Origin: Thermodesulfobacteriota bacterium
GTDB lineage: Bacteria > Desulfobacterota > GWC2-55-46 > JADFVP01
Assembly (NCBI GenBank): GCA_046753845.1
Contig: JBHHUP010000005.1
Location: 1-51,473 of the forward strand
DNA: 51,473 nucleotides
Direction of reading: 5' to 3'
In this document: piece by piece, positions 36,823-46,502 of the stretch
How the letters are laid out: each line of letters starts with the position of its first letter
How positions within the stretch are numbered: position 1 is the stretch's first letter
Made by a program: the position numbers and the translations under genes
Notes under the pieces: generated by a model
What the model was told of the DNA's origin: nothing
Database searches by the model: none
The model's input: the letters and a program-made list of their open reading frames with translations, nothing else

Positions 36823-38223
36823 TCAGGCGCTGAGGCTTATCGGTAAAAAAACCTTGAACCTGCTTCCCCTGCCCTTCTCGCTCTCAACGGTGATATGGCC
36901 GCCGTGGGCGTTGACTATGGCATTAACAATGGAAAGCCCGAGGCCCGAGCCCACGGTAAGGCCGCGGCTGGCATCGGTGCGGTAAAACCTCTTGAAGATG
37001 TTCTCAAGGTCCTTCTCGTCTATGCCCATACCCGTGTCCTCTACAGAGACCTCGCAGAACTTATCAGCTATTGAGACAGAGACATCAACACGGCCTCCCT
37101 TATGATTATACTTTACTGCGTTCTCAATAAGGTTGGTAAAGACCTCAAAGAGGCTCTCCCTGTCCGCTCTTATATCCACATCAGCCCCCTCTCTCATACT
37201 GAGGGCAACCCCTTTCTCAGAGGCCGCCTGCCCTACGAGCCTGAAGACATCGCTTATAAGGGGCCTTACGTTCAGACGTACCAGACGAAGCTCCGATGAG
37301 TTTGAATCTATCCTTGAGATTACGAGTATCCTGTTTATAAGCTCCGTCATCCTGTTAACGGTAACACCTATCTTCGTCAATGCGTCTTTATACACCGCTC
37401 CCTCCCGTTCCCTTGAGAGCATGACATCGCAGTAGCTCTTAATAACAGAGGTAGGGGTGCGCAGCTCATGAGAGGCGTCGGAGAGAAATTTTTTCTTTCT
37501 CTCAAAGGACTGCTCAAGGCGGCTGAGCATGGTATTAAAGCTCGATGTAAGGTCTCTTAACTCAAGAGGGCTGTGCTTTTCATCAACCCTCTCGTAAAGG
37601 TTTTTATCGGTAATATGGCTTATCTTGTCGGTAAACATCTTAATGGGCCGCAGGGCCCACTTTGTCATGAAGAATATACCCATGGCGCAGATCAGAAAAA
37701 CAGCGGGGTATATAATAAGGACTATCCTCCTGAAGGAATTCACAAGGCGATAGGTATTGGTCAGTGAATCCGCCACCTGAAAGATAAGCACCAGTCCGCC
37801 AAAGTCCACAGACTTGCTGATGAGCCTGAGAGGTTTGTCATTTGGCCCGTCTACGGTATAAAAGACACCTTCTGCCGTGGCCGGAAGTATGGGAAGATGC
37901 AGCCCGGCGCTTAGCGATGGCGAGCTCGCAAGGATCTTACCCTCTACTGAGGCTATCTGGTAGTATCGGCCTGAAAACTTTTTCCCGTACTTACCCTTGG
38001 CCGCAAGAGACAACTCCTTAAGCTCCGTATGAAGCTGACCGTGACGTTTTTCTATCCTCAATATGCCGCTCATGATGTCTACCTCTGAGCGGACATGTTC
38101 ATCAACAAAATCTATTGCCACTCCCTCAAGCTCGTAGTAAAGAAATATCTCAAGCCCTGCGAATACAATAGAGAATATGGCAAGGCACCATATAATTATC
38201 TTTATCTTGATTGAGTTAAACAT
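36823..38223 (-). CDS. HAMP-domain sensor histidine kinase (CusS/CzcS-like)
   Basis: Two TMs, HAMP, DASHELRTP, NLIENAVKY, DTGMGI, GSGLGL. Confidence 0.93.
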   Translation of the reverse strand: MFNSIKIKIIIWCLAIFSIVFAGLEIFLYYELEGVAIDFVDEHVRSEVDIMSGILRIEKRHGQLHTELKELSLAAKGKYGKKFSGRYYQIASVEGKILASSPSLSAGLHLPILPATAEGVFYTVDGPNDKPLRLISKSVDFGGLVLIFQVADSLTNTYRLVNSFRRIVLIIYPAVFLICAMGIFFMTKWALRPIKMFTDKISHITDKNLYERVDEKHSPLELRDLTSSFNTMLSRLEQSFERKKKFLSDASHELRTPTSVIKSYCDVMLSREREGAVYKDALTKIGVTVNRMTELINRILVISRIDSNSSELRLVRLNVRPLISDVFRLVGQAASEKGVALSMREGADVDIRADRESLFEVFTNLIENAVKYNHKGGRVDVSVSIADKFCEVSVEDTGMGIDEKDLENIFKRFYRTDASRGLTVGSGLGLSIVNAIVNAHGGHITVESEKGRGSRFKVFLPISLSA

Positions 38224-38235
38224 ATAGGGTAGGGC

Positions 38236-38907
38236 TTACTCTTCTTTTAAGATGTATCCCGCGCCCCTGATGGTATGGATCAGCTTTGGCCAGGGCTCTT
38301 TGTCTATCTTTTTTCGAAGGTAATTGATATATACGTCTACAACATTTGAGTCCATTTCGGCGTCTTCATGGTATATGTGCTCTACTATCTCTGTTCTTGA
38401 TACAACGGTCCCTTTATTATAGGCCAGATACTCCAGAAGGGCATATTCCCTTGCAGAGAGCTTTATAGCCATGCCCTCTCTCGTGACCTCGTGGCTCGCC
38501 GTGTTTATCTCCATATCTGCAATTCGAAGCACTGCCTCACGGGCCTCGCCTCCCCTTCTTATAAGAGACCTCAGCCGCGCCACAAGCTCCGTAAACTCAA
38601 AAGGCTTTGTCATGTAATCATCGGCCCCGGTGTCAAGGCCCTCTATCTTGTCCATAAGGGCGTCCCTGGCCGTAAGGAGCAGCACCGGTGTCTTTACACC
38701 TTTTTTTCTAAGGGTGCTCAGAAGCGTAAGGCCGTCTATCACAGGCAGCATGATATCAAGGATAATGGCGTCAAGAGGGTAGTTCTCAGCCATATAAAGG
38801 CCCTCTTCGCCGTCATTGGCTATATCGACGATATAACCCTCCTCCTCAAGTCCCATCTGTATTATATTTGCAAGGTCCTTCTCGTCCTCTACAATCAGTA
38901 CTCTCAT
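38236..38907 (-). CDS. OmpR-family response regulator (CusR/CzcR-like)
   Basis: LIVEDE, LDIMLP..DG, LTARD, GADDY.TKPF, SNVVDVYINYLRKKID, HTIRGAGY. Confidence 0.95.
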   Translation of the reverse strand: MRVLIVEDEKDLANIIQMGLEEEGYIVDIANDGEEGLYMAENYPLDAIILDIMLPVIDGLTLLSTLRKKGVKTPVLLLTARDALMDKIEGLDTGADDYMTKPFEFTELVARLRSLIRRGGEAREAVLRIADMEINTASHEVTREGMAIKLSAREYALLEYLAYNKGTVVSRTEIVEHIYHEDAEMDSNVVDVYINYLRKKIDKEPWPKLIHTIRGAGYILKEE

Positions 38908-39614
38908 CTCTTTATCCTGTCCTTAAATGCCCTGAACTTGTCTTCAGGTATAAATTTTACACCGTTTATCATGGAAGATAAGAGGCCCGTCTTCTCGTGA
39001 AGCTCGTGTATTACCACGGCGCCTACGTGTGAAATTATAAAAAATATCATGAAATCAAAACCAAACTCGTGAATCTCCCCGGCGCCATCCTTGATGAGGC
39101 TAAGGGTCCCCTTGGTAAAACCCGCGAAAAAGCCCTGCCACGGCGCCATATGCTTCTCAATGCCGGCAAGGGAGAGGCCCGTAAGAATCTGTAAGACAAC
39201 TACAAGAAAGAGGGCCAGATAAAAGAGTGCGCCAAGAGGATCATGGCCCATGTATCTAAACTTGGCGGGGCCCTTTTTGAAACCACGGGCATGCCACTTC
39301 AGTTTATGAGCTATATAACCAATCTTCTCGGCTGTAAAGGGCCAGAGGTCCCTCCACCTTGCGTACTCATTGCCGCCAAACCCCCATAAGACCCTGAGGA
39401 TGACCGTAACAATAAGGGCATAACCTATATAAACATGATAATCCATAAGCTGATGCCTGAAGTGCTTTCCAACATGGAAGTCCTTAAGTATCTCAGAGGA
39501 GACGGCAAGGGCCATGAGCACAAGTATGAGCAAAACGTTACACCAGTGCAGAACCCTTGTCTCCCAGTCCCATATTTTGACAAGTACACGTTCCTCTTCA
39601 TTCTTTAAGATCAT
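38904..39614 (-). CDS. Cytochrome b/b6-domain membrane protein (Ni/Fe-hydrogenase cytochrome b-like)
   Basis: VKIWD..TRVLHW, H.Y.GY, RVLWGF.G..YARW, GHDPLGA, EIHE, SHVGAV, SMING.K. Confidence 0.88.
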   Translation of the reverse strand: MILKNEEERVLVKIWDWETRVLHWCNVLLILVLMALAVSSEILKDFHVGKHFRHQLMDYHVYIGYALIVTVILRVLWGFGGNEYARWRDLWPFTAEKIGYIAHKLKWHARGFKKGPAKFRYMGHDPLGALFYLALFLVVVLQILTGLSLAGIEKHMAPWQGFFAGFTKGTLSLIKDGAGEIHEFGFDFMIFFIISHVGAVVIHELHEKTGLLSSMINGVKFIPEDKFRAFKDRIKR

Positions 39615-39995
39615 AGTAATACCTTTTCACATATTTAACTTGGAAAATCAATATAAATGCATGCCCTTACCATAGACTTTTCTCTCCGGGACAAGGTACT
39701 ATGATATGGCATATTATATTAAAAAGAGATTAGAATGAGATGGCAGGCAACAAAAGGCGCATAAGATGGATGTGAGAGAGAGGCCTTATTAGATAAAAAA
39801 TTCTTCGTAACTTAAAAAATACACTTGCAATAGAGAGTAAAAAGATTAAAATTACTGCCATTATTCTTGTTTTTATCGTAACATCATAACCCGGACATGA
39901 GAGCAGTAAAAACCGGCTTCTTCCACAGGGCTATAGCACCAGGCATACCTAAAGGTACAAGAACGGATGAGCAAAAAAAAGGGGGTAAGAAAAAG

Positions 39996-40703
39996 ATGAA
40001 GACCGCCCTCATAACTGGCGGGGCCCGCAGGCTCGGTGAGGCCATGAGCATAAAGCTCGCCTCCCTTGGATATAATATCGCTCTCCATTATCACAGCTCA
40101 TCACCGGATGGACTTGTGGAGCGGATTCATTCCTTGGGAGTAAAGTGCCTGCCCCAGAGATACGATCTCACTGATAAAGATGGGGCATCAGAGCTGGTTA
40201 AAGAGGCTGCGGCAAAGCTGCCGCGCCTTGAACTTCTCGTTAATAACGCAGCTATATTCGAGAGGGCATCCTTTACAGAGACCTCAGAGCAACTTCTTGA
40301 AAAGCATATGGAGCTCAACCTCAAGGCCCCATACCGTCTATCAAGGGACTTCGCGCTTACGGCCGACAGGGGGCAGATTATCAACATAATCGATGCCAAT
40401 GCCGTGAAAAACAACTCTGCCTACGCCGCCTATATCATATCCAAGAAAGGGCTCATGGGGCTTACCACCATGACGGCCCTTGAGTTCGCCCCCGCCATCC
40501 GTGTAAACGCAATCGCCCCGGGGCTGATACTTCCCCCGCCCGGCGAGGGTGAAAAATACATGAAAGAGGCCGCAGAAAAAAGAGTGCCCCTTAAGAGACA
40601 GGGTAAGGTTGGGGACATCACGGCCGCCCTTGAGTTCCTTCTTAAGAATGAATTTATAACAGGTCAGATACTTTTTATTGACGGAGGAGAACATCTCAGA
40701 TGA
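39996..40703 (+). CDS. folM: Pteridine reductase-like SDR (FolM/PTR1 family)
   Basis: ALITGGARRLG, LHYHSS, LVNNA.IF, IINIID, Y..SK, RVNAIAPGLIL; adjacent to folX/B and folK. Confidence 0.8.
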   Translation: MKTALITGGARRLGEAMSIKLASLGYNIALHYHSSSPDGLVERIHSLGVKCLPQRYDLTDKDGASELVKEAAAKLPRLELLVNNAAIFERASFTETSEQLLEKHMELNLKAPYRLSRDFALTADRGQIINIIDANAVKNNSAYAAYIISKKGLMGLTTMTALEFAPAIRVNAIAPGLILPPPGEGEKYMKEAAEKRVPLKRQGKVGDITAALEFLLKNEFITGQILFIDGGEHLR

Positions 40704-41047
40704 TTATAAGGATTAAAGACCTAAGGCTTCGCACCATCATCGGCTGCAACAGCTGGGAGAGAGAAAAAAAACAAGACATCACCATTAACGTGCTCATGGA
40801 TTGCGACTCGGATAAAGCCATTATCAGCGATGATATACAAGACACTACAGATTACCGTGAGATAACAAAAGAAATTATAGAGTCCGTGGAGGAGAGTGAG
40901 TTTTTTCTCATTGAAAAACTCGCCGGCTTTATACTGGACATTGTAATGAAACGCAAGTGTGTACGCTCCGCCACAGTAGAGGTAGACAAACCTCATGCCC
41001 TGCGCTTCTCACGCTCAGTCTCAGTGGAGGTCTCGGCTACTCGATGA
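40700..41047 (+). CDS. Dihydroneopterin aldolase / triphosphate epimerase (FolB/FolX family; FolX-like)
   Basis: IRIKDLRLRTIIG...WER..KQD, DY..ITK, F.LIEKLA, VDKPHALRF..SVSV. Confidence 0.88.
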   Translation: MIIRIKDLRLRTIIGCNSWEREKKQDITINVLMDCDSDKAIISDDIQDTTDYREITKEIIESVEESEFFLIEKLAGFILDIVMKRKCVRSATVEVDKPHALRFSRSVSVEVSATR

Positions 41048-41454
41048 ACCGTGCCGTCATAAGCGTTGGCTCCAATATCTCACCGGAGAAAAACATAAAG
41101 GCGGCAGAGGGTATCCTGGCAAGAGAGCAAGACCTTATCAGGGTATCAACCTTTATTCGCACCGCACCCGTGCCTCCTGCGCATGGAGATGATTACCTTA
41201 ACGGCGCCTTTTTAATAGAGACGCCCCTTACGAAAAAAGATCTCGAGGTTTTTCTGAAGGGAGTAGAGAGAAGACTTGGCAGAAAACGCGGCCATGCCCG
41301 ATTCGCGCCGCGAACCATGGACCTTGATATCATTGTATTTAACGGGGCCATAATTGATGATGATTACTATAAATACGGTTTTGTACAAGAGGCCGTAAAG
41401 GAGCTTCTGCCAGAACTGTCCATGGGAAAAATACCCTCCTCCGGACCTTCATAA
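41044..41454 (+). CDS. folK: 2-amino-4-hydroxy-6-hydroxymethyldihydropteridine diphosphokinase
   Basis: ATG 41044 overlaps the upstream stop (ATGA); ISVGSNI, YLNG, E..LGR.R, PRTMDLDI. Confidence 0.92.
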   Translation: MNRAVISVGSNISPEKNIKAAEGILAREQDLIRVSTFIRTAPVPPAHGDDYLNGAFLIETPLTKKDLEVFLKGVERRLGRKRGHARFAPRTMDLDIIVFNGAIIDDDYYKYGFVQEAVKELLPELSMGKIPSSGPS

Positions 41455-41488
41455 TAAAAAAGTCGATGGCAGCGCAAGGTTCTCAATT

Positions 41489-41895
41489 ATGATTTACTTC
41501 ATAAAAAGGCCGAGAAGAGGCTTTCTGCCCGAGAGTCTGATAATAGAGGGCATCAGTTAATCCAATAACTTCAACCCCGCCGAAGGCCTTGAAGAGGCTG
41601 GCGGCTTTTTACTCTTTAAAGGAGCCGAGAAAAAAATCTGGCTCATAGCGACAAGGCTTGGCCTTTACAGCATAAGCGATGATAGAAAGCGTACCGGGCC
41701 GCGTCTAAACTGGTCCATATCCTGCTCCAGGCTCTATAATAAGGGCTCACTCACTCTTTCTGTAAGAGAAAAAAAGGGCACCCCCCCTTGTGGATCACGG
41801 CTACAGAGAAAATAATCCATACAGCCCCCGTCTGTTTATAAGCAGTACCCCGGAAGAGCTGACAAAAAAAACTCATAGAGACAAAGATGGGCTAA
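41489..41895 (+). pseudogene. Probable decayed gene for a hypothetical protein of about 135 aa
   Basis: ATG 41489, in-frame TAA 41558-41560, then about 75 protein-like codons (GFLLFKGAEKKIWLIATRLGLYSISDDRK..PRLNWSI). Apparent frameshifts at homopolymers 41769-41787 and 41864-41871. Confidence 0.5.
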
Positions 41896-41908
41896 GAGGA
41901 TATGGGGC

Positions 41909-43321
41909 TTATAATACTCCCACATCAAGATAAGAACGGGCTATTTTTTCTATGGCGATTACAAAGGCGGCGGTACGAAAATCCTTAAGCCCTTTGCTGT
42001 TCTTCATCTCACGTATCTGCCCGTAGGCGCCGCGCATGGTATCGTCAAGGCCTGACCTTACAAGCGCCAGCTCATCAGGACCTTTGGTGAGGGCATCAAG
42101 GGCCTCGCCTGTAAGTTTTTTAGAGCTTGACTCCTGAATGGCGTCTATAATCTGCCTGCCGCGGGACTCCTCAAACCTCTTTTCCATACGGCCGAAACGA
42201 ATATGCGATAAGTTTCTTACCCACTCGAAGTATGATACAACAACACCTCCGGCGTTCACATAGGCATCGGGAAGTATGGTAACCCCGTTATTATTAAGTA
42301 TCTCATCGGCCTCGAAGGTAGTAGGGCCGTTAGCGGCCTCGGTGATAACCTTTGCCCTTATTTTACCGGCGTTGCCCTTATTTATTACACCCTCAAGAGC
42401 TGCGGGTATAAGGATGTCGCATTCCATCTCAAGCACAGAGGCGCCGTCCTCTACAAAGGCGGCTCCTGGATAACCCTTTACACCGCCCTTCTCAAGGATA
42501 TACTCCTTTACCTGCTGAACTGATATCCCGCCTTCATTCACAAGAGCTCCGTCACGCTCTATGATAGCAACAATGCGTGCGCCGTCATCCTCGGATACGA
42601 ATTTACCGGCATGATAACCCACGTTGCCAAGTCCCTGCAGTACAACATGTTTACCCTCAAGACCACCCGTTAAACCGGCCGCAGCCACATCGTCACCGTG
42701 GCGGAAAAACTCACGCAGCACATACTGCACGCCGCGGCCCGTGGCCTCTATCCTTCCCCTTACGCCTCCAAGGTGTACGGGTTTTCCCGTTACGCAGGCA
42801 ACATAATTTATATCATCAGGATGAAGGTGCTTATAGGTATCGAGAATCCAAGCCATCTCCCTCTGCCCTGTGCCCATGTCCGGCGCCGGAACATTAGTGG
42901 AGGGGCTGAGAAACCCCCGTGTAGCCAGCTCTCTGGCGTATCGGCGCGTAATCATCCTCATCTCGTCTCTGGTGTACTTAGCGGGGTCGATGCAAACACC
43001 TCCCTTGGAGCCCCCAAAAGGCACGTCCACTATGGCGCACTTGTAGGACATGAGGGCCGCAAGGGCCTTTATCTCGTCCTGATTTACCGTTGTGGCGTAC
43101 CGTATGCCCCCCTTCGAGGGCAGCCTGTGTATGCTGTGCAGGGCCCTCCAGCCCTTGAAGACCTCAACCCTGCCCTTAATCTCAACTGGGAATCTCAGCT
43201 CGAGTACGGCGTTACATCCCTTGATGGCTGAGGCAAGTCCCTCCTCAAGACCAAGCACCTCCAAGGCCTTATCTGCCATGCGGTCAACATTGTCACAAAA
43301 ACTCAGTCCATTTTTATCCAT
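41909..43321 (-). CDS. gdhA: Glutamate dehydrogenase (Glu/Leu/Phe/Val DH family)
   Basis: KGGIRY, MSYKCA.VDVPFGGSKGG, VPAPDMGT, GR.EATGRG, QGLGNVG, EAANGP, NAGGVVVSYFEW. Confidence 0.92.
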   Translation of the reverse strand: MDKNGLSFCDNVDRMADKALEVLGLEEGLASAIKGCNAVLELRFPVEIKGRVEVFKGWRALHSIHRLPSKGGIRYATTVNQDEIKALAALMSYKCAIVDVPFGGSKGGVCIDPAKYTRDEMRMITRRYARELATRGFLSPSTNVPAPDMGTGQREMAWILDTYKHLHPDDINYVACVTGKPVHLGGVRGRIEATGRGVQYVLREFFRHGDDVAAAGLTGGLEGKHVVLQGLGNVGYHAGKFVSEDDGARIVAIIERDGALVNEGGISVQQVKEYILEKGGVKGYPGAAFVEDGASVLEMECDILIPAALEGVINKGNAGKIRAKVITEAANGPTTFEADEILNNNGVTILPDAYVNAGGVVVSYFEWVRNLSHIRFGRMEKRFEESRGRQIIDAIQESSSKKLTGEALDALTKGPDELALVRSGLDDTMRGAYGQIREMKNSKGLKDFRTAAFVIAIEKIARSYLDVGVL

Positions 43322-43444
43322 CAGAAGATCCCCCTTTTAGTTAACAATCTTACAAATTATCTTTCGGAGATAAGGCAAATAACTTTATTTTTTTCCTCTT
43401 TCCTCTATCCTCTCTACCTCACCATCGTAAAAAAAAAGACGGCC

Positions 43445-44125
43445 TTAAGGCCGCCCCATGAGCTTGAACCAGAGATTGGTCGTATCTCGAAATATATCAT
43501 CAACAGAGGCATCCATTACACGCCAGCCCCCTCTGGCCACCTCGCCGTCAAGCTGCCCCGGGGCCCATCCGGCATAACCGCCAAAGGCCCGCACCGCTTT
43601 TGCTTCAATACTGCCGCTCTTGAAAAAATCCTTGAATAAGACAACATCCCATCCTGCGTACAGGTCGCCTGCCATGTGCTCGGTGCCGAATAGAGGACTC
43701 TTCGAGAGCGCCAGGATGGTAAGACGGCTCTTCTCCACAGGCCCGCCCCATGAGAGTGGGAGCAGAGTACCCTGCAGCCATGCAACCTCAGGTAAGGCCT
43801 CGGAGAGTTTTACCTTCGTCGGCCTGTTTATGACTACCCCTAAAGCACCAAGAGGATTGTAATCAATGAGATATATAACTGCCTTATGAAAGTGCGGGTC
43901 CCGCATTGCGCCTCTGGCTACAAGAAACTTTCCCTTTGAAAGAGGCACGGAAGAGGCGCTTCGGGGTGTGCTTAATTCCTTACCCTTATCAAGGCTCGCG
44001 TGCAGTAGAGGGCTTCGTGCAAGGCCGATAAAGAGAAGCGTTACAATAAAAAGACCAATGGGTAAGTACAGGTTTTTAATAACCGCGAGAACCTGATTAA
44101 GATATCTTGTTTTCATACTGTACAC
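43445..44125 (-). CDS. YqgE/AlgH (UPF0301) family protein with N-terminal hydrophobic extension
   Basis: GKFLVA...M.DP.F...VIY, GALGVVINRP, GGPV, GYAGW.PGQLDGE. Confidence 0.88.
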   Translation of the reverse strand: MYSMKTRYLNQVLAVIKNLYLPIGLFIVTLLFIGLARSPLLHASLDKGKELSTPRSASSVPLSKGKFLVARGAMRDPHFHKAVIYLIDYNPLGALGVVINRPTKVKLSEALPEVAWLQGTLLPLSWGGPVEKSRLTILALSKSPLFGTEHMAGDLYAGWDVVLFKDFFKSGSIEAKAVRAFGGYAGWAPGQLDGEVARGGWRVMDASVDDIFRDTTNLWFKLMGRP

Positions 44126-44286
44126 CTCTTCAAAGCGGCAGAAGGCTCGGCAAAGGAGCTGAAGATTTCAAGGCAGACATATTGTAAACCTCCCTTTAAT
44201 ATGGTTCTAACACAGAATCCCACACTCTTTCGAGGGAAAAAACTCACCATCAAGAAGAAAGAAAATGCAGCAACAGGGAAATAGAC

Positions 44287-44318
44287 AAAAAAAAGAGGCG
44301 GACCCCGAAAGGTCCGCC
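44287..44318 (-). terminator. Intrinsic terminator of the glnB-glnA operon
   Basis: GGCGGACC/GGTCCGCC 8-bp stem followed by T8 on the minus strand. Confidence 0.8.
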
Positions 44319-44449
44319 CCATAACTGCTTACATACTCAATACTTACTCCCCTTAGCCCCTCCCCAAAAGAGAACCACCCTCACGGCGGCCCTCCTTCAC
44401 ACCCCTCACGCACACCCCCTTAGTATTAGCAGCCCTTTTACAGGCCCCT

Positions 44450-45862
44450 TTAGCAGTCGTAGTACAAGAAGAACTCATGAGGCGTTGGCCGGAGCCTCAC
44501 CTCTGAGATCTCATTTTTTCTCTTATATTCTATCCACTTATCAATGACATCCTCTGTAAAAACATCACCCTTCAGAAGGAACTCATGGTCCTCTTCCAAG
44601 GCATCAATGGCATCCTCAAGAGAACCCGCCGCAGAAGGAATGTCTTTAAGCTCCTCTGGGCTGAGACCGTATATGTCCTTATCAAGAGGATCACCGGGAT
44701 CGATCTTATTCTGTATACCATCAAGGCCTGCCATGAGAAGGGCGGAAAAAGCCAGGTACCCGTTACATGAGGGGTCAGGGAAGCGCACCTCTATCCTCTT
44801 TGAGTTGGGCGAGGCCGAGTACATGGGTATCCGGAGGGATGCCGAGCGGTTACGGCCCGAGTAGGCAAGATTTATCGGGGCCTCAAAGCCCGGAACAAGC
44901 CTCTTATAGGAGTTTGTAGAGGGGTTGCAGAAGGCGTTAAGTGCCTTGGCGTGCTTTAGAATCCCGCCGATAAAGTGCATTGCCATCTCACTCATACCAC
45001 CATAGCCATCACCGGCAAAGAGGGGTTTACCATCCTTCCAGATGGACATATGGGTATGCATACCCGTGCCGTTATCACCTAAGATGGGTTTCGGCATAAA
45101 GGTCACGGTCTTGCCCCAGCGTTTCGCCACGTTCTTTATAACGTACTTGAACCACATAAGCTGGTCGGCCATCTTCAGAAGGGGGGCGAACCTCATATCT
45201 ATCTCGGCCTGCCCGGCGGTTGCCACCTCGTGGTGCTGACACTCTACGGCTATGCCCACCTGCTCCATGACAAGACACATCTCGGTCCTTAAATCCTGAA
45301 AACTATCTGTAGGAGGAACGGGAAAGTAGCCTTCCTTGTGCCTCGGCTTGTAGCCGAGGTTGGGGCACTCTTCCCTGCCCGTATTCCAGATACCCTCTGT
45401 AGAATCGACGGCATAAAAACTGTTGTCAGGGCCTTCGCCGTACCTGATATCATCAAAGATAAAAAACTCCGGTTCGGGCCCGATGTAGACGGTATCCCCG
45501 ATGCCCGTTGAGGCCAGGTATAACTCCGCCTTTTTAGCGATGTTCCTCGGGTCCCGCGTGTAGCTCTCTCTTGTAATAGGGTCAATAATATCGCAGGTAA
45601 GGCTAAGGGTGGGCACCTCGTTAAAGGGGTCCATCATAGCAGTAGCTGGGTCGGGGATAACAAGCATATCAGAGGCGTGTATGGGTTTCCAACCCCTTAT
45701 GCTTGAGCCGTCAAAACCCAGTCCGTCTTCGAATAAATCTTCAGAAAACTCGCTAACGGGAACGGTAAAGTGCTGCCATATCCCGATAAAATCCGTAAAT
45801 TTAAGGTCAACCATCTTAGTGCCTTTTTCCGCTGCAAAGGCCACTACCTCCTTGGGTGTCAT
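44450..45862 (-). CDS. glnA: Glutamine synthetase type I
   Basis: ATG 45862 with AAGGAGG SD; [62 protein letters not shown] adenylylation region. Confidence 0.98.
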   Translation of the reverse strand: MTPKEVVAFAAEKGTKMVDLKFTDFIGIWQHFTVPVSEFSEDLFEDGLGFDGSSIRGWKPIHASDMLVIPDPATAMMDPFNEVPTLSLTCDIIDPITRESYTRDPRNIAKKAELYLASTGIGDTVYIGPEPEFFIFDDIRYGEGPDNSFYAVDSTEGIWNTGREECPNLGYKPRHKEGYFPVPPTDSFQDLRTEMCLVMEQVGIAVECQHHEVATAGQAEIDMRFAPLLKMADQLMWFKYVIKNVAKRWGKTVTFMPKPILGDNGTGMHTHMSIWKDGKPLFAGDGYGGMSEMAMHFIGGILKHAKALNAFCNPSTNSYKRLVPGFEAPINLAYSGRNRSASLRIPMYSASPNSKRIEVRFPDPSCNGYLAFSALLMAGLDGIQNKIDPGDPLDKDIYGLSPEELKDIPSAAGSLEDAIDALEEDHEFLLKGDVFTEDVIDKWIEYKRKNEISEVRLRPTPHEFFLYYDC

Positions 45863-45939
45863 TGCTACCTCCTTCAATTGGTTTATTATGGCCCTGCTTA
45901 AGATAAATTATTATCCCTGCAAAACCGGCCCGCTTGGAC

Positions 45940-46299
<360 letters not shown>

Positions 46300-46383
46300 T
46301 CAGTTAAATTTTCTCCGTGATAGGATAATTTACAACACGGGAGCAATTATTACAACACTTTTAAGAGATTCTCAGTATAATTC

Positions 46384-46400
46384 TGCAATTATCGTGCCTT
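46384..46400 (-). promoter_or_regulatory. Sigma54 (-24/-12) promoter of glnB-glnA
   Basis: Minus strand AAGGCACG-ATAA-TTGCA matches (T)GGCACG-N4-TTGC, upstream of nitrogen genes. Confidence 0.8.
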
Positions 46401-46502
46401 CTGTGAAACCCTTTATTTATGGGACTTTTTCCACGCCGCGTAGAAACTTATGCCTAAAAAAAAGTCATACACCTATTGAGGCCGCCTAAATTATCATCAT
46501 TC

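Noticed and set aside
41770-41776. A_AAA_AAG programmed -1 frameshift site
   Set aside because: The -1 frame stops quickly and is not the protein-like continuation; the upstream in-frame TAA points to decay instead.
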